NCBI RefSeq assembly: GCF_988243305.1
Contig: NZ_OZ547136.1
Length of the DNA: 64,000 nt
Reading direction: 5' to 3' (one strand)
The notes beneath the pieces are model-generated. The model did not search any database. It was not told the origin of the DNA and was given only the letters and a program-made list of their open reading frames with translations. This document shows positions 31,879 to 44,418 of this stretch, piece by piece; the first letter of the stretch is position 1; each line of letters begins with the position of its first letter. The position numbers and the translations under genes were made by a program.

Positions 31879-32077
31879 GGGTTTCCCGTTTCAGCGTCCC
31901 GCTGAAATCGTCGGCTTACCTCCTTTCGCCCTGAATGCAGTCTATCGCTAACGCGTGAACAAAATAGTTTCCTCTGTGATTATTGCGTAACGACTCGCAA
32001 AGAATATTTGCTGGCAGGATCGCAGACTGAAAAGCCTGCAGATTGACAATCTTATCGTGAAGGCATAATTTCAGGAG

Positions 32078-32215
32078 TGAGGGTAGAGCGGGGTTTCCCC
32101 CGCCCTGGTAGTCTTAGTAAGCCGGGAAGCTTATGACTAAGAGCACCACGATGATGATCCACTTCATCATGACCCTTTCCTTATTTAAGGCCCCTTCCTC
32201 GGGAGGGGCTTTCCC
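32078..32215 (+). ncRNA. Sib antisense sRNA (antitoxin), copy 2
   Basis: Promoter ttgaca (32043-32048) and taattt (32066-32071); terminator hairpin ccccttcctcgggaggggcttt. Ends approximate. Confidence 0.55.
32114..32170 (-). CDS. Ibs type I toxin peptide, copy 2 (18 aa)
   Basis: Minus-strand ORF MMKWIIIVVLLVISFPAY. Confidence 0.6.
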   Translation of the reverse strand: MMKWIIIVVLLVISFPAY

Positions 32216-32404
32216 GTTTCAGCGTCCCGCTGAAATCGTCGGCTTACCTCCTTTCGCCCTGAATGCAGTCTATCGCTAACGCGTGAACAAAATAGTTTCC
32301 TCTGTGATTATTGCGTAACGACTCGCAAAGAATATTTGCTGGCAGGATCGCAGACTGCAAAGCCTGCAGATTGACAATCTTATCGTGAAGGCATAATTTC
32401 AGGA

Positions 32405-32545
32405 GTGAGGGTAGAGCGGGGTTTCCCCCGCCCTGGTAGTCTTAGTATGCTGGGTAGCTAATCACTAAGAGCACCACGATGATGAGTAGCTTCATCATGA
32501 CCCTTTCCTTATTTATGGCCCCTTCCTCGGGAGGGGCTTTCCCGT
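32405..32545 (+). ncRNA. sibB: Sib antisense sRNA (antitoxin), copy 3
   Basis: Promoter ttgaca (32371-32376) and taattt (32394-32399); terminator hairpin ccccttcctcgggaggggcttt. Ends approximate. Confidence 0.55.
32442..32498 (-). CDS. ibsB: Ibs type I toxin peptide, copy 3 (18 aa)
   Basis: Minus-strand ORF MMKLLIIVVLLVISYPAY. Confidence 0.6.
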   Translation of the reverse strand: MMKLLIIVVLLVISYPAY

Positions 32546-32705
32546 TTCAGCGTCCCGCTGAAATCATCGGCTTACCTCCTTTCGCCATGCACGTAGTCTA
32601 TCGCTAACGCGTAGATAAAATAGTTTCATGTATTATTACTGGATGCGTGCTCGCAAATGTGCCCGCCATTCAGACGATTCCCGATAGTGTTTCATAATTC
32701 CTCCA

Positions 32706-32723
32706 TTTTTCTCCCTTATTGGC
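32706..32723 (+). promoter_or_regulatory. BaeR box upstream of mdtA
   Basis: tttttctcccttattggc matches the BaeR consensus TTTTTCTCCATDATTGGC at all but about two positions; about 55 nt upstream of the mdtA start. Confidence 0.7.
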
Positions 32724-32776
32724 TGGCTACACTAGTATCATTCCGCGAAACGTTTCAGGAAGAGAAACTCTTAACG

Positions 32777-34024
32777 ATGAAAGGCAGTTATAAATCCCGT
32801 TGGGTAATCGTAATCGTGGTGGTTATCGCCGCCATCGCCGCATTCTGGTTCTGGCAAGGCCGCAATGACTCCCGGAGTGCAGCCCCAGGGGCGACGAAAC
32901 AAGCGCAGCAATCGCCAGCGGGTGGTCGCCGTGGTATGCGTTCCGGCCCATTAGCCCCGGTTCAGGCGGCGACCGCCGTAGAACAGGCAGTTCCGCGTTA
33001 CCTCACCGGGCTTGGCACCATTACCGCCGCTAATACTGTTACGGTGCGCAGCCGCGTGGACGGTCAACTGATGGCGTTACATTTCCAGGAAGGCCAGCAG
33101 GTCAAAGCAGGCGATTTACTGGCAGAAATTGACCCAAGCCAGTTCAAAGTTGCATTAGCACAAGCCCAGGGCCAACTGGCAAAAGATAAAGCCACGCTTG
33201 CCAACGCCCGCCGTGACCTGGCGCGTTATCAGCAACTGGCAAAAACCAATCTCGTATCTCGTCAGGAACTGGATGCCCAACAAGCGCTGGTCAGTGAAAC
33301 CGAAGGCACCATTAAGGCTGATGAAGCAAGCGTCGCCAGCGCGCAGCTGCAACTCGACTGGAGCCGCATCACCGCACCAGTCGATGGTCGCGTTGGTCTC
33401 AAGCAGGTTGATGTTGGTAACCAAATCTCCAGTGGTGATACCACCGGGATTGTGGTGATCACCCAGACGCATCCTATCGATTTGCTCTTTACCCTGCCGG
33501 AAAGCGATATCGCTACCGTAGTACAGGCGCAAAAAGCCGGAAAACCGCTGGTTGTTGAAGCCTGGGATCGCACCAACTCGAAGAAATTAAGTGAAGGCAC
33601 GCTGTTAAGTCTCGATAACCAAATCGATGCCACTACCGGTACGATTAAAGTGAAAGCACGCTTTAATAATCAGGATGATGCGCTGTTTCCCAATCAGTTT
33701 GTTAACGCGCGTATGTTAGTCGACACCGAACAAAACGCCGTGGTGATCCCCACCGCCGCTCTGCAAATGGGCAACGAAGGCCATTTTGTCTGGGTGCTGA
33801 ATAGCGAAAACAAGGTCAGCAAACATCTGGTGACGCCGGGCATTCAGGACAGTCAGAAAGTGGTGATCCGCGCAGGTATTTCTGCGGGCGACCGCGTAGT
33901 GACGGATGGCATTGATCGCCTGACCGAAGGGGCGAAAGTGGAAGTGGTGGAAGCCCAGAGCGCCACCACTTCGGAAGAGAAAGCCACCAGCCGCGAATAC
34001 GCGAAAAAAGGAGCACGCTCCTGA
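32777..34024 (+). CDS. mdtA: Multidrug efflux RND membrane fusion (periplasmic adaptor) protein
   Basis: Track ORF is 455 aa; trimmed to [16 protein letters not shown]... (415 aa). Confidence 0.92.
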   Translation: MKGSYKSRWVIVIVVVIAAIAAFWFWQGRNDSRSAAPGATKQAQQSPAGGRRGMRSGPLAPVQAATAVEQAVPRYLTGLGTITAANTVTVRSRVDGQLMALHFQEGQQVKAGDLLAEIDPSQFKVALAQAQGQLAKDKATLANARRDLARYQQLAKTNLVSRQELDAQQALVSETEGTIKADEASVASAQLQLDWSRITAPVDGRVGLKQVDVGNQISSGDTTGIVVITQTHPIDLLFTLPESDIATVVQAQKAGKPLVVEAWDRTNSKKLSEGTLLSLDNQIDATTGTIKVKARFNNQDDALFPNQFVNARMLVDTEQNAVVIPTAALQMGNEGHFVWVLNSENKVSKHLVTPGIQDSQKVVIRAGISAGDRVVTDGIDRLTEGAKVEVVEAQSATTSEEKATSREYAKKGARS

Positions 34025-37000
34025 TGCAGGTGTTACCCCCGAGCAGCACAGGCGGCCCGTCGCGCCTGTTTATTATGCGTCCTGTCGCCACCACGCTGCT
34101 GATGGTGGCGATCTTACTCGCCGGGATTATCGGTTATCGAGCACTGCCCGTTTCGGCGCTACCGGAAGTGGACTATCCGACCATTCAGGTAGTCACGCTC
34201 TACCCAGGTGCGAGCCCGGATGTCATGACCTCTGCCGTTACCGCGCCGCTTGAACGCCAGTTTGGGCAGATGTCTGGCCTGAAACAGATGTCGTCGCAAA
34301 GTTCCGGCGGTGCGTCAGTTATCACCTTACAGTTCCAGCTAACATTACCGCTCGATGTCGCCGAGCAGGAAGTGCAGGCCGCGATTAACGCTGCGACCAA
34401 CTTGTTGCCGAGCGATCTGCCTAACCCGCCGGTTTACAGCAAAGTGAACCCGGCAGATCCACCAATCATGACGCTCGCCGTCACCTCAACCGCCATGCCA
34501 ATGACGCAAGTGGAAGATATGGTGGAAACCCGCGTCGCGCAGAAAATCTCGCAGATTTCCGGCGTCGGCCTGGTGACACTTTCCGGCGGTCAGCGTCCGG
34601 CTGTTCGCGTCAAACTTAACGCTCAGGCGATTGCCGCCCTCGGCCTGACCAGCGAAACCGTGCGCACCGCCATTACCGGCGCTAACGTCAACTCGGCAAA
34701 AGGTAGCCTCGACGGCCCTTCTCGTGCGGTTACGCTTTCCGCGAACGACCAGATGCAATCCGCCGAAGAGTATCGCCAGCTAATCATCGCCTACCAGAAC
34801 GGCGCACCGATTCGTCTGGGCGATGTCGCAACCGTAGAGCAAGGTGCAGAAAACAGCTGGCTTGGCGCATGGGCTAACAAAGAACAGGCCATTGTGATGA
34901 ATGTTCAGCGCCAGCCCGGTGCTAACATTATCTCCACCGCCGACAGCATCCGGCAGATGCTGCCACAACTCACCGAGAGTTTGCCGAAATCGGTAAAAGT
35001 GACGGTACTTTCTGACCGTACCACCAATATTCGCGCATCCGTCGATGATACTCAGTTTGAATTGATGATGGCTATCGCGCTGGTAGTCATGATTATCTAC
35101 CTGTTTTTGCGTAATATTCCGGCGACTATCATTCCCGGCGTCGCAGTGCCGCTGTCGTTAATCGGCACCTTCGCGGTCATGGTGTTTCTCGATTTTTCAA
35201 TCAATAACCTGACGCTGATGGCGTTAACTATCGCCACCGGATTTGTGGTCGATGACGCCATCGTGGTGATCGAAAACATTTCCCGCTATATCGAAAAAGG
35301 CGAAAAACCGTTGGCGGCGGCGCTCAAAGGCGCGGGTGAAATCGGCTTTACCATTATCTCGCTGACCTTCTCACTGATTGCAGTGTTGATCCCACTGCTA
35401 TTTATGGGCGATATCGTCGGGCGACTGTTCCGCGAATTTGCTATTACTCTGGCAGTCGCGATTTTGATCTCAGCCGTGGTGTCGCTGACTCTGACGCCGA
35501 TGATGTGCGCGCGGATGCTCAGCCAGGAGTCGCTGCGTAAACAGAATCGCTTCTCCCGAGCCTCGGAGAAAATGTTCGACAGGATAATCGCCGCCTATGG
35601 TCGTGGACTGGCGAAAGTGCTGAATCATCCGTGGCTGACCTTAAGCGTGGCACTCAGCACGCTGCTGCTTAGTGTTCTCTTGTGGGTATTCATTCCGAAA
35701 GGTTTCTTCCCGGTACAGGACAACGGCATTATTCAGGGCACTTTGCAGGCACCGCAATCCAGCTCCTTTGCCAATATGGCCCAGCGGCAACGCCAGGTCG
35801 CGGATGTGATTTTGCAGGATCCGGCAGTGCAAAGCCTGACCTCATTTGTTGGCGTTGATGGCACTAACCCGTCGCTGAACAGTGCGCGTTTGCAGATCAA
35901 CCTCAAACCACTGGATGAACGAGATGACCGGGTGCAAAAAGTCATCGCCCGTCTGCAAACGGCGGTGGATAAAGTGCCGGGCGTCGATCTCTTCCTGCAA
36001 CCAACGCAGGACCTGACCATCGATACTCAGGTCAGCCGCACCCAGTACCAGTTTACCTTGCAGGCCACGTCACTGGATGCGCTCAGTACCTGGGTGCCAC
36101 AGTTGATGGAAAAACTCCAGCAGCTGCCACAGCTTTCTGATGTCTCCAGCGACTGGCAGGACAAAGGGCTGGTGGCGTATGTCAATGTCGACAGGGACAG
36201 CGCCAGCCGTCTGGGGATCAGCATGGCGGATGTCGATAACGCCCTGTACAACGCGTTTGGTCAGCGACTGATTTCCACTATTTATACTCAGGCTAACCAG
36301 TATCGCGTGGTGCTGGAACACAACACCGAAAATACCCCAGGCCTCGCGGCGCTGGATACCATTCGCCTGACCAGCAGCGACGGTGGCGTGGTGCCGTTAA
36401 GCTCAATTGCCAAAATTGAGCAGCGTTTTGCGCCGCTTTCCATCAACCATCTGGATCAGTTCCCGGTAACGACTATCTCCTTTAACGTGCCGGATAACTA
36501 TTCGCTGGGCGATGCGGTGCAGGCGATTATGGACACAGAGAAGACGCTGAATCTGCCGGTGGATATCACCACGCAGTTCCAGGGCAGCACCCTCGCCTTC
36601 CAGTCGGCATTGGGCAGCACTGTCTGGCTGATTGTCGCGGCGGTGGTGGCGATGTATATCGTGCTCGGCATTCTGTACGAGAGCTTTATTCACCCGATCA
36701 CCATTCTCTCGACGCTACCCACCGCAGGGGTCGGCGCACTGCTGGCGTTAATGATTGCCGGTAGCGAGCTGGATGTGATTGCGATTATCGGCATTATTTT
36801 GCTGATCGGTATCGTGAAGAAGAACGCCATCATGATGATCGACTTCGCGCTGGCTGCTGAGCGCGAGCAAGGCATGTCGCCGCGCGAGGCAATCTACCAG
36901 GCTTGTCTGTTGCGTTTTCGTCCGATCCTGATGACCACTCTGGCGGCTCTGCTTGGCGCACTGCCGCTGATGTTGAGTACCGGGGTCGGCGCGGAACTGC

Positions 37001-37146
37001 GTCGTCCGTTAGGTATCGGCATGGTCGGCGGTCTGATTGTCAGCCAGGTGCTGACGCTGTTTACCACGCCTGTGATTTATTTGCTGTTCGACCGCCTGGC
37101 ATTGTGGACCAAAAGCCGCTTTGCTCGTCATGAAGAGGAGGCGTAA
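34024..37146 (+). CDS. mdtB: Multidrug efflux RND transporter permease subunit
   Basis: 1040-aa ORF, AcrB-type 12-TM RND pump; start overlaps the mdtA stop. Confidence 0.95.
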   Translation: MQVLPPSSTGGPSRLFIMRPVATTLLMVAILLAGIIGYRALPVSALPEVDYPTIQVVTLYPGASPDVMTSAVTAPLERQFGQMSGLKQMSSQSSGGASVITLQFQLTLPLDVAEQEVQAAINAATNLLPSDLPNPPVYSKVNPADPPIMTLAVTSTAMPMTQVEDMVETRVAQKISQISGVGLVTLSGGQRPAVRVKLNAQAIAALGLTSETVRTAITGANVNSAKGSLDGPSRAVTLSANDQMQSAEEYRQLIIAYQNGAPIRLGDVATVEQGAENSWLGAWANKEQAIVMNVQRQPGANIISTADSIRQMLPQLTESLPKSVKVTVLSDRTTNIRASVDDTQFELMMAIALVVMIIYLFLRNIPATIIPGVAVPLSLIGTFAVMVFLDFSINNLTLMALTIATGFVVDDAIVVIENISRYIEKGEKPLAAALKGAGEIGFTIISLTFSLIAVLIPLLFMGDIVGRLFREFAITLAVAILISAVVSLTLTPMMCARMLSQESLRKQNRFSRASEKMFDRIIAAYGRGLAKVLNHPWLTLSVALSTLLLSVLLWVFIPKGFFPVQDNGIIQGTLQAPQSSSFANMAQRQRQVADVILQDPAVQSLTSFVGVDGTNPSLNSARLQINLKPLDERDDRVQKVIARLQTAVDKVPGVDLFLQPTQDLTIDTQVSRTQYQFTLQATSLDALSTWVPQLMEKLQQLPQLSDVSSDWQDKGLVAYVNVDRDSASRLGISMADVDNALYNAFGQRLISTIYTQANQYRVVLEHNTENTPGLAALDTIRLTSSDGGVVPLSSIAKIEQRFAPLSINHLDQFPVTTISFNVPDNYSLGDAVQAIMDTEKTLNLPVDITTQFQGSTLAFQSALGSTVWLIVAAVVAMYIVLGILYESFIHPITILSTLPTAGVGALLALMIAGSELDVIAIIGIILLIGIVKKNAIMMIDFALAAEREQGMSPREAIYQACLLRFRPILMTTLAALLGALPLMLSTGVGAELRRPLGIGMVGGLIVSQVLTLFTTPVIYLLFDRLALWTKSRFARHEEEA

Positions 37147-40100
37147 GTGAAGTTTTTTGCCCTCTTCATTTACCGCCCGGTGGCGACGATTTTACTGTCG
37201 GTCGCCATTACCCTGTGCGGCATACTGGGCTTCCGTATGCTGCCGGTCGCCCCACTGCCGCAGGTCGATTTTCCGGTGATTATGGTCAGCGCCTCGCTGC
37301 CCGGTGCGTCACCAGAAACAATGGCGTCTTCCGTTGCCACGCCGCTGGAACGTTCGCTTGGGCGCATTGCCGGGGTCAGTGAAATGACCTCCAGCAGTTC
37401 GCTCGGCAGCACGCGCATTATTTTGCAGTTTGATTTTGACCGCGATATCAACGGCGCAGCGCGCGATGTGCAAGCGGCGATCAACGCCGCGCAAAGTTTG
37501 CTGCCCAGCGGGATGCCCAGCCGTCCGACCTATCGCAAAGCGAACCCGTCGGATGCGCCAATTATGATCCTGACGCTAACATCCGATACTTATTCGCAAG
37601 GTGAACTGTACGATTTTGCCTCGACGCAGCTGGCTCCGACGATTTCGCAAATCGACGGTGTCGGTGATGTCGATGTTGGCGGCAGCTCGCTACCTGCGGT
37701 GCGCGTCGGGCTGAACCCGCAGGCGCTGTTTAATCAGGGCGTGTCGCTGGACGATGTGCGCACCGCCATCAGCAATGCCAACGTGCGTAAACCGCAGGGG
37801 GCGCTGGAAGATGATACTCACCGCTGGCAGATCCAGACTAACGATGAACTGAAAACCGCCGCTGAATATCAGCCGTTGATTATTCATTACAACAACGGCG
37901 GCGCGGTTCGTCTGGGCGATGTGGCGACGGTGACCGACTCTGTACAAGATGTACGTAACGCCGGGATGACCAACGCCAAACCGGCTATTTTGCTGATGAT
38001 CCGCAAGCTGCCGGAAGCCAATATAATCCAGACGGTTGACAGCATCCGGGCAAAATTACCGGAGTTGCAGGAGACCATTCCGGCGGCGATTGATCTGCAA
38101 ATTGCCCAGGATCGCTCCCCCACCATTCGCGCCTCGCTGGAAGAAGTCGAGCAAACGCTGATTATCTCGGTGGCGCTGGTGATTCTGGTGGTGTTTTTAT
38201 TCCTGCGCTCGGGTCGCGCCACTATTATTCCCGCCGTTGCGGTGCCGGTTTCGCTGATTGGTACGTTTGCGGCGATGTACCTGTGCGGATTCAGTCTCAA
38301 TAACCTGTCGTTAATGGCGCTCACTATTGCTACTGGTTTCGTGGTGGATGACGCCATCGTGGTGCTGGAAAACATTGCCCGTCACCTGGAAGCGGGGATA
38401 AAACCACTACAGGCCGCACTGCAAGGTACTCGCGAAGTCGGTTTTACGGTGCTGTCGATGAGTCTTTCACTGGTGGCGGTGTTTCTGCCGCTGCTGTTGA
38501 TGGGCGGATTGCCGGGCCGACTGTTACGCGAGTTTGCCGTGACGCTTTCTGTCGCCATTGGTATTTCGTTGCTGGTTTCCCTGACGCTAACGCCGATGAT
38601 GTGTGGCTGGATGCTGAAAGCCAGCAAGCCGCGCGAGCAAAAGCGACTGCGTGGTTTTGGTCGCATGTTGGTAGCCCTGCAACAAGGCTATGGCAAGTCG
38701 CTGAAATGGGTGCTCAATCATACCCGTCTGGTGGGCGTGGTGCTGCTTGGCACCATTGCGCTGAATATCTGGTTATATATCTCGATCCCGAAAACCTTCT
38801 TCCCGGAGCAGGATACCGGCGTCCTGATGGGTGGGATACAGGCGGATCAGAGTATTTCGTTTCAGGCAATGCGCGGTAAGTTGCAGGATTTTATGAAAAT
38901 TATCCGTGACGATCCGGCGGTGGATAATGTTACCGGCTTTACCGGCGGTTCGCGGGTGAACAGCGGGATGATGTTTATCACGCTGAAGCCACGCGGCGAA
39001 CGCAGCGAAACGGCGCAGCAAATTATCGACCGTCTGCGCGTGAAGCTGGCGAAAGAACCGGGGGCGAATCTGTTCCTGATGGCGGTACAGGATATTCGCG
39101 TTGGCGGACGTCAGTCGAACGCCAGCTACCAGTACACGTTGTTATCCGACGACCTGGCGGCACTGCGCGAATGGGAGCCGAAAATCCGCAAAAAACTGGC
39201 GACATTGCCGGAACTGGCGGACGTGAACTCCGACCAGCAGGATAACGGCGCGGAGATGAATCTGGTTTACGACCGCGACACCATGGCACGGCTGGGAATC
39301 GACGTGCAAGCCGCCAACAGTCTGTTAAATAACGCCTTCGGTCAGCGGCAAATCTCGACCATTTACCAGCCGATGAACCAGTATAAAGTGGTGATGGAAG
39401 TGGATCCGCGCTATACCCAGGACATCAGCGCGCTGGAAAAAATGTTCGTTATCAATAACGAAGGAAAAGCGATCCCGCTGTCGTATTTCGCTAAATGGCA
39501 ACCGGCGAATGCTCCGCTGTCGGTGAATCATCAGGGATTATCGGCAGCCTCGACCATCTCGTTCAACCTGCCGACCGGGAAATCGCTCTCGGACGCCAGT
39601 GCAGCGATCGATCGCGCAATGACCCAGCTTGGTGTGCCTTCGACGGTGCGCGGTAGTTTTGCCGGCACGGCGCAGGTGTTCCAGGAGACGATGAACTCGC
39701 AGGTGATCCTGATTATCGCCGCCATCGCCACGGTGTATATCGTGCTGGGTATCCTTTACGAGAGTTACGTACATCCGCTGACGATTCTCTCCACCCTGCC
39801 CTCGGCGGGCGTTGGAGCGCTGCTGGCGCTGGAGCTGTTCAATGCCCCGTTCAGCCTAATCGCCCTGATAGGGATCATGCTATTAATCGGCATCGTGAAG
39901 AAAAACGCCATTATGATGGTCGATTTTGCGCTTGAAGCCCAACGGCACGGTAACCTGACGCCGCAGGAAGCTATTTTCCAGGCCTGTCTGCTGCGTTTTC
40001 GCCCGATTATGATGACTACCCTGGCGGCGCTGTTTGGTGCGCTGCCGCTGGTATTGTCAGGCGGTGACGGCTCGGAGTTGCGGCAACCATTGGGGATCAC

Positions 40101-40224
40101 CATTGTCGGCGGTCTGGTCATGAGCCAGCTTCTGACGCTGTATACCACGCCGGTGGTGTATCTCTTTTTCGACCGTCTGCGGCTGCGTTTTTCGCGTAAA
40201 CCTAAACAAACGGTAACCGAGTAA
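37147..40224 (+). CDS. mdtC: Multidrug efflux RND transporter permease subunit
   Basis: 1025-aa ORF, paralogous to mdtB; immediately follows it. Confidence 0.95.
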   Translation: MKFFALFIYRPVATILLSVAITLCGILGFRMLPVAPLPQVDFPVIMVSASLPGASPETMASSVATPLERSLGRIAGVSEMTSSSSLGSTRIILQFDFDRDINGAARDVQAAINAAQSLLPSGMPSRPTYRKANPSDAPIMILTLTSDTYSQGELYDFASTQLAPTISQIDGVGDVDVGGSSLPAVRVGLNPQALFNQGVSLDDVRTAISNANVRKPQGALEDDTHRWQIQTNDELKTAAEYQPLIIHYNNGGAVRLGDVATVTDSVQDVRNAGMTNAKPAILLMIRKLPEANIIQTVDSIRAKLPELQETIPAAIDLQIAQDRSPTIRASLEEVEQTLIISVALVILVVFLFLRSGRATIIPAVAVPVSLIGTFAAMYLCGFSLNNLSLMALTIATGFVVDDAIVVLENIARHLEAGIKPLQAALQGTREVGFTVLSMSLSLVAVFLPLLLMGGLPGRLLREFAVTLSVAIGISLLVSLTLTPMMCGWMLKASKPREQKRLRGFGRMLVALQQGYGKSLKWVLNHTRLVGVVLLGTIALNIWLYISIPKTFFPEQDTGVLMGGIQADQSISFQAMRGKLQDFMKIIRDDPAVDNVTGFTGGSRVNSGMMFITLKPRGERSETAQQIIDRLRVKLAKEPGANLFLMAVQDIRVGGRQSNASYQYTLLSDDLAALREWEPKIRKKLATLPELADVNSDQQDNGAEMNLVYDRDTMARLGIDVQAANSLLNNAFGQRQISTIYQPMNQYKVVMEVDPRYTQDISALEKMFVINNEGKAIPLSYFAKWQPANAPLSVNHQGLSAASTISFNLPTGKSLSDASAAIDRAMTQLGVPSTVRGSFAGTAQVFQETMNSQVILIIAAIATVYIVLGILYESYVHPLTILSTLPSAGVGALLALELFNAPFSLIALIGIMLLIGIVKKNAIMMVDFALEAQRHGNLTPQEAIFQACLLRFRPIMMTTLAALFGALPLVLSGGDGSELRQPLGITIVGGLVMSQLLTLYTTPVVYLFFDRLRLRFSRKPKQTVTE

Positions 40225-41640
40225 ATGACAGATCTTCCCGACAGCACCCGCTGGCAATTGTGGATTGTGGCTTTCGGCTTCTTTATGCAGTCGCTGGACA
40301 CCACCATCGTTAACACCGCGCTTCCCTCAATGGCGCAAAGTCTCGGGGAAAGTCCGTTGCATATGCACATGGTCATTGTCTCTTATGTACTGACCGTGGC
40401 GGTGATGCTGCCCGCCAGCGGCTGGCTGGCGGACAAAGTCGGCGTGCGCAATATTTTCTTTACCGCCATCGTGCTGTTTACTCTCGGTTCACTGTTTTGC
40501 GCGCTTTCCGGCACGCTGAACGAACTGTTGCTGGCACGCGCGTTACAGGGCGTTGGCGGTGCGATGATGGTGCCGGTCGGCAGGTTGACGGTGATGAAAA
40601 TCGTACCGCGCGAGCAATATATGGCGGCGATGACCTTTGTCACGTTACCCGGTCAGGTCGGGCCGCTGCTCGGTCCGGCGCTCGGCGGCCTGCTGGTGGA
40701 GTACGCCTCCTGGCACTGGATCTTTTTGATCAACATTCCGGTGGGGATTATCGGTGCGATCGCCACACTGATGTTAATGCCGAACTACACCATGCAGACG
40801 CGGCGCTTTGATCTCTTCGGCTTTTTATTGCTGGCGGTTGGCATGGCGGTATTAACCCTGGCGCTGGACGGCAGTAAAGGTACAGGTTTATCGCCGCTGG
40901 CGATTGCTGGCCTGGTCGCAGTTGGCGTGGTAGCACTGGTGCTTTATCTGCTGCACGCCAGAAATAACAACCGCGCTCTTTTCAGTCTGAAACTGTTCCG
41001 TACTCGTACCTTTTCGCTGGGCCTGGCGGGGAGTTTTGCCGGACGTATCGGTAGCGGCATGTTGCCCTTTATGACGCCGGTTTTCCTGCAAATTGGCCTT
41101 GGCTTCTCACCGTTTCATGCCGGACTGATGATGATCCCGATGGTGCTCGGCAGCATGGGGATGAAGCGAATTGTGGTACAGGTGGTGAATCGCTTTGGTT
41201 ATCGTCGGGTACTGGTGGCGACCACGCTGGGTCTGTCGCTGGTCACCCTGTTGTTTATGACTACCGCCCTGCTGGGCTGGTACTACGTTTTGCCGTTCGT
41301 CCTGTTTTTACAAGGGATGGTCAACTCGACGCGTTTCTCCTCCATGAACACCCTGACGCTGAAAGATCTCCCGGACAATCTGGCGAGCAGCGGAAACAGC
41401 CTGCTGTCGATGATTATGCAATTGTCGATGAGTATCGGCGTCACCATCGCCGGGCTGTTGCTGGGACTTTTTGGTTCGCAGCATGTCAGCGTCGACAGCG
41501 GCACCACACAAACCGTCTTTATGTACACCTGGCTTAGCATGGCGTTTATCATTGCCCTTCCGGCGTTCATCTTTGCCAGAGTGCCGAACGATACGCATCA
41601 AAATGTAGCTATTTCGCGGCGAAAAAGGAGCGCGCAATGA
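40225..41640 (+). CDS. mdtD: MFS transporter
   Basis: 471-aa polytopic ORF. Confidence 0.92.
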   Translation: MTDLPDSTRWQLWIVAFGFFMQSLDTTIVNTALPSMAQSLGESPLHMHMVIVSYVLTVAVMLPASGWLADKVGVRNIFFTAIVLFTLGSLFCALSGTLNELLLARALQGVGGAMMVPVGRLTVMKIVPREQYMAAMTFVTLPGQVGPLLGPALGGLLVEYASWHWIFLINIPVGIIGAIATLMLMPNYTMQTRRFDLFGFLLLAVGMAVLTLALDGSKGTGLSPLAIAGLVAVGVVALVLYLLHARNNNRALFSLKLFRTRTFSLGLAGSFAGRIGSGMLPFMTPVFLQIGLGFSPFHAGLMMIPMVLGSMGMKRIVVQVVNRFGYRRVLVATTLGLSLVTLLFMTTALLGWYYVLPFVLFLQGMVNSTRFSSMNTLTLKDLPDNLASSGNSLLSMIMQLSMSIGVTIAGLLLGLFGSQHVSVDSGTTQTVFMYTWLSMAFIIALPAFIFARVPNDTHQNVAISRRKRSAQ

Positions 41641-43040
41641 AGTTCTGGCGACCCGGTATTACCGGCAAACTGTTTCTGGCGATTTTCGCCACCTGCATTG
41701 TCTTGCTGATCAGTATGCACTGGGCGGTGCGTATCAGTTTTGAGCGTGGCTTTATTGATTACATCAAACACGGCAATGAACAGCGATTACAGCTGTTAAG
41801 TGATGCGCTTGGCGAGCAGTATGCGCAGCATGGCAACTGGCGCTTCCTGCGCAACAACGATCGCTTTGTCTTTCAGATCCTGCGTTCATTTGAACACGAT
41901 AATTCGGAAGATAAACCCGGCCCGGGTATGCCTCCGCACGGCTGGCGTACTCAGTTCTGGGTGATCGATCAAAACAACAAAGTGCTGGTTGGTCCGCGAG
42001 CGCCGATTCCACCTGACGGTACACGGCGACCCATTCTGGTCAACGGTGCGGAAGTGGGTGCGGTGATTGCCTCCCCTGTTGAGCGACTGACCCGCAATAC
42101 TGATATCAATTTCGATAAACAACAGCGGCAAACCAGCTGGCTGATTGTCGCCCTGGCTACGTTACTCGCGGCACTCGCCACCTTTCTGCTGGCGCGTGGT
42201 CTGTTGGCCCCGGTCAAACGGCTGGTGGACGGCACGCACAAACTGGCGGCGGGCGATTTCACTACCCGCGTGACACCCACCAGTGAAGATGAACTGGGCA
42301 AACTGGCGCAAGACTTCAACCAGCTTGCCAGCACGCTGGAGAAAAACCAGCAAATGCGGCGCGATTTTATGGCCGATATTTCTCACGAACTGCGTACGCC
42401 ATTAGCGGTGCTGCGCGGTGAACTGGAAGCCATTCAGGATGGCGTGCGTAAATTCACGCCGGAGACGGTGGCGTCTTTACAGGCGGAGGTCGGTACACTG
42501 ACCAAACTGGTTGACGATCTCCATCAGTTGTCGATGTCTGATGAAGGCGCTCTCGCCTATCAAAAAGCACCGGTAGATTTGATCCCACTGCTGGAAGTGG
42601 CGGGCGGCGCATTTCGCGAACGATTCGCCAGCCGTGGCCTGAAACTGCAATTTTCCCTGCCAGACAGTATTACCGTATTTGGCGATCGCGACCGTTTAAT
42701 GCAGTTATTCAATAACTTACTGGAAAACAGCCTGCGCTACACTGACAGCGGCGGTAGCCTGAAAATCTCTGCCGAGCAGCACGACAAAACGGTGCGACTG
42801 ACCTTTGCCGACAGCGCGCCGGGCGTCAGTGACGATCAGCTACAAAAATTGTTTGAACGTTTTTATCGCACCGAAGGTTCCCGCAACCGAGCCAGCGGCG
42901 GTTCCGGGCTGGGGCTGGCGATTTGCCTGAACATTGTTGAAGCACATAATGGTCGCATTATTGCTGCCCATTCGCCTTTTGGCGGGGTAAGCATTACAGT
43001 AGAGTTACCGCTGGAACGGGATTTACAGAGAGAAGTATGA
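41637..43040 (+). CDS. baeS: Envelope-stress sensor histidine kinase
   Basis: 467 aa; HAMP domain, H-box SHELRTPL and ATPase G-box GGSGLGLAI; 4-bp overlap with mdtD. Confidence 0.95.
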
Positions 43041-43759
43041 CCGAGTTACCAATCGACGAAAACACACCGCGTATTTTGATCGTGGAAGATGAACCGAAGC
43101 TGGGGCAGTTACTCATTGATTATCTGCGTGCTGCGAGCTATGCGCCAACGTTGATTAGCCACGGCGATCAGGTACTGCCATATGTACGCCAGACACCACC
43201 GGATCTGATTCTGTTGGATCTTATGCTTCCTGGCACCGATGGCCTGACGCTGTGCCGGGAGATTCGTCGTTTTTCTGACATTCCGATCGTGATGGTGACA
43301 GCAAAAATCGAAGAGATCGACCGCCTGCTGGGGCTGGAAATTGGCGCAGATGACTACATCTGCAAACCGTACAGCCCACGGGAAGTGGTAGCGCGCGTCA
43401 AAACCATTTTGCGCCGTTGCAAACCGCAACGCGAACTTCAGCAACAGGATGCCGAAAGCCCGTTGATTATCGACGAAGGTCGTTTTCAGGCTTCATGGCG
43501 CGGTAAAATGCTTGACCTGACGCCTGCGGAATTTCGTCTGTTGAAAACGCTCTCTCATGAACCAGGAAAAGTGTTCTCCCGCGAGCAATTGCTCAATCAT
43601 CTTTATGACGACTACCGCGTAGTAACCGACCGCACCATCGACAGCCACATTAAAAACCTGCGTCGCAAGCTGGAATCTCTCGACGCCGAACAGTCCTTTA
43701 TCCGTGCCGTTTACGGCGTCGGTTACCGCTGGGAAGCCGACGCCTGCCGCATCGTTTAA
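43037..43759 (+). CDS. baeR: OmpR-family response regulator
   Basis: 240 aa; receiver domain with IVEDEP...DLMLPG and winged-helix C-terminus; 4-bp overlap with baeS. Confidence 0.95.
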
Positions 43760-43938
43760 CATTTTTTCCTGCCGGAGAAGGCATTCACGCCGCATCCGGC
43801 AACATTATCCCACGCATGGTCAGCAAACTGACATTATCTCTCCGCCCTGGCAACCGCCTGAAAATCGCTCATACTTTAATCGGTAAACAGTTCTTTTAGA
43901 TGCTGTTTTCGATACGCAATTTCAATCAAGGAGTCATT

Positions 43939-44271
43939 ATGGCTGGTTGGTTTGAACTCAGTAAGAGCAGTGATAATCAGTTCCGGTTTGTGCTAAAAGC
44001 GGGCAATGGTGAGACTATCCTCACCAGCGAGCTATATACCTCAAAAGCCTCTGCGGAAAAGGGTATCGCGTCGGTGCGTAGCAACAGCCCGCAAGAAGAA
44101 CGCTATGAGAAAAAAACGGCAAGCAACGGCAAATTCTATTTCAATCTGAAAGCCGCCAATCATCAAATTATCGGCTCCAGCCAGATGTACGCCACCGCGC
44201 AATCTCGTGAAACCGGAATTGCCTCCGTTAAAGCCAATGGCACAAGCCAGACGGTGAAAGACAATACGTAA
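43939..44271 (+). CDS. yegP: UPF0339/DUF1508 family protein
   Basis: Track ORF is 123 aa; trimmed to MAGWFELSKSSDNQFRF... (110 aa) with SD aaggag 6 nt upstream. The protein is an internal duplication (two SxxxAxxxIASVxxN halves). Confidence 0.85.
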   Translation: MAGWFELSKSSDNQFRFVLKAGNGETILTSELYTSKASAEKGIASVRSNSPQEERYEKKTASNGKFYFNLKAANHQIIGSSQMYATAQSRETGIASVKANGTSQTVKDNT

Positions 44272-44418
44272 TTACGATGCCGGGCGTGGGTTGTTGGCGT
44301 CCGGCGCTTTACCAGCTCCCCCCTACAGCGCTACAATGCCCGCCCTTAAAGTGGGGGCACTCCCCTGGCCGCTTCATCAGGTGAAGCGGATCTGACCTGT
44401 CATCAGAACGAGAGAATT

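Larger units (their letters stand above)
31690..32560. repeat. Three tandem ~330-bp Sib/Ibs type I toxin-antitoxin repeat units
   Basis: Promoter-like ttgaca-N17-taattt recurs at 31708, 32043 and 32371; each unit holds a minus-strand MMK... hydrophobic mini-ORF and a plus-strand hairpin plus T-run. Confidence 0.85.

Noticed and set aside
31821-31907. Plus-strand short ORF inside the first Sib unit (MMTCFIITLSLLKALFSGRGFPVSASR).
   Set aside because: It lies within the predicted Sib antisense RNA, has no convincing SD, and its sequence is not conserved as a peptide between the three units. It is more likely a by-product of the antisense arrangement.
31690-32560. The tandem repeats could be mistaken for a CRISPR array.
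   Set aside because: Units are ~330 bp, not 28-37 bp, and have no short repeat-spacer periodicity. Each holds a promoter, a mini-ORF and a terminator typical of Sib/Ibs modules. No cas genes are nearby.
39765-40376. 203-aa minus-strand ORF spanning the mdtC/mdtD junction.
   Set aside because: Antisense to two well-supported transporter genes.
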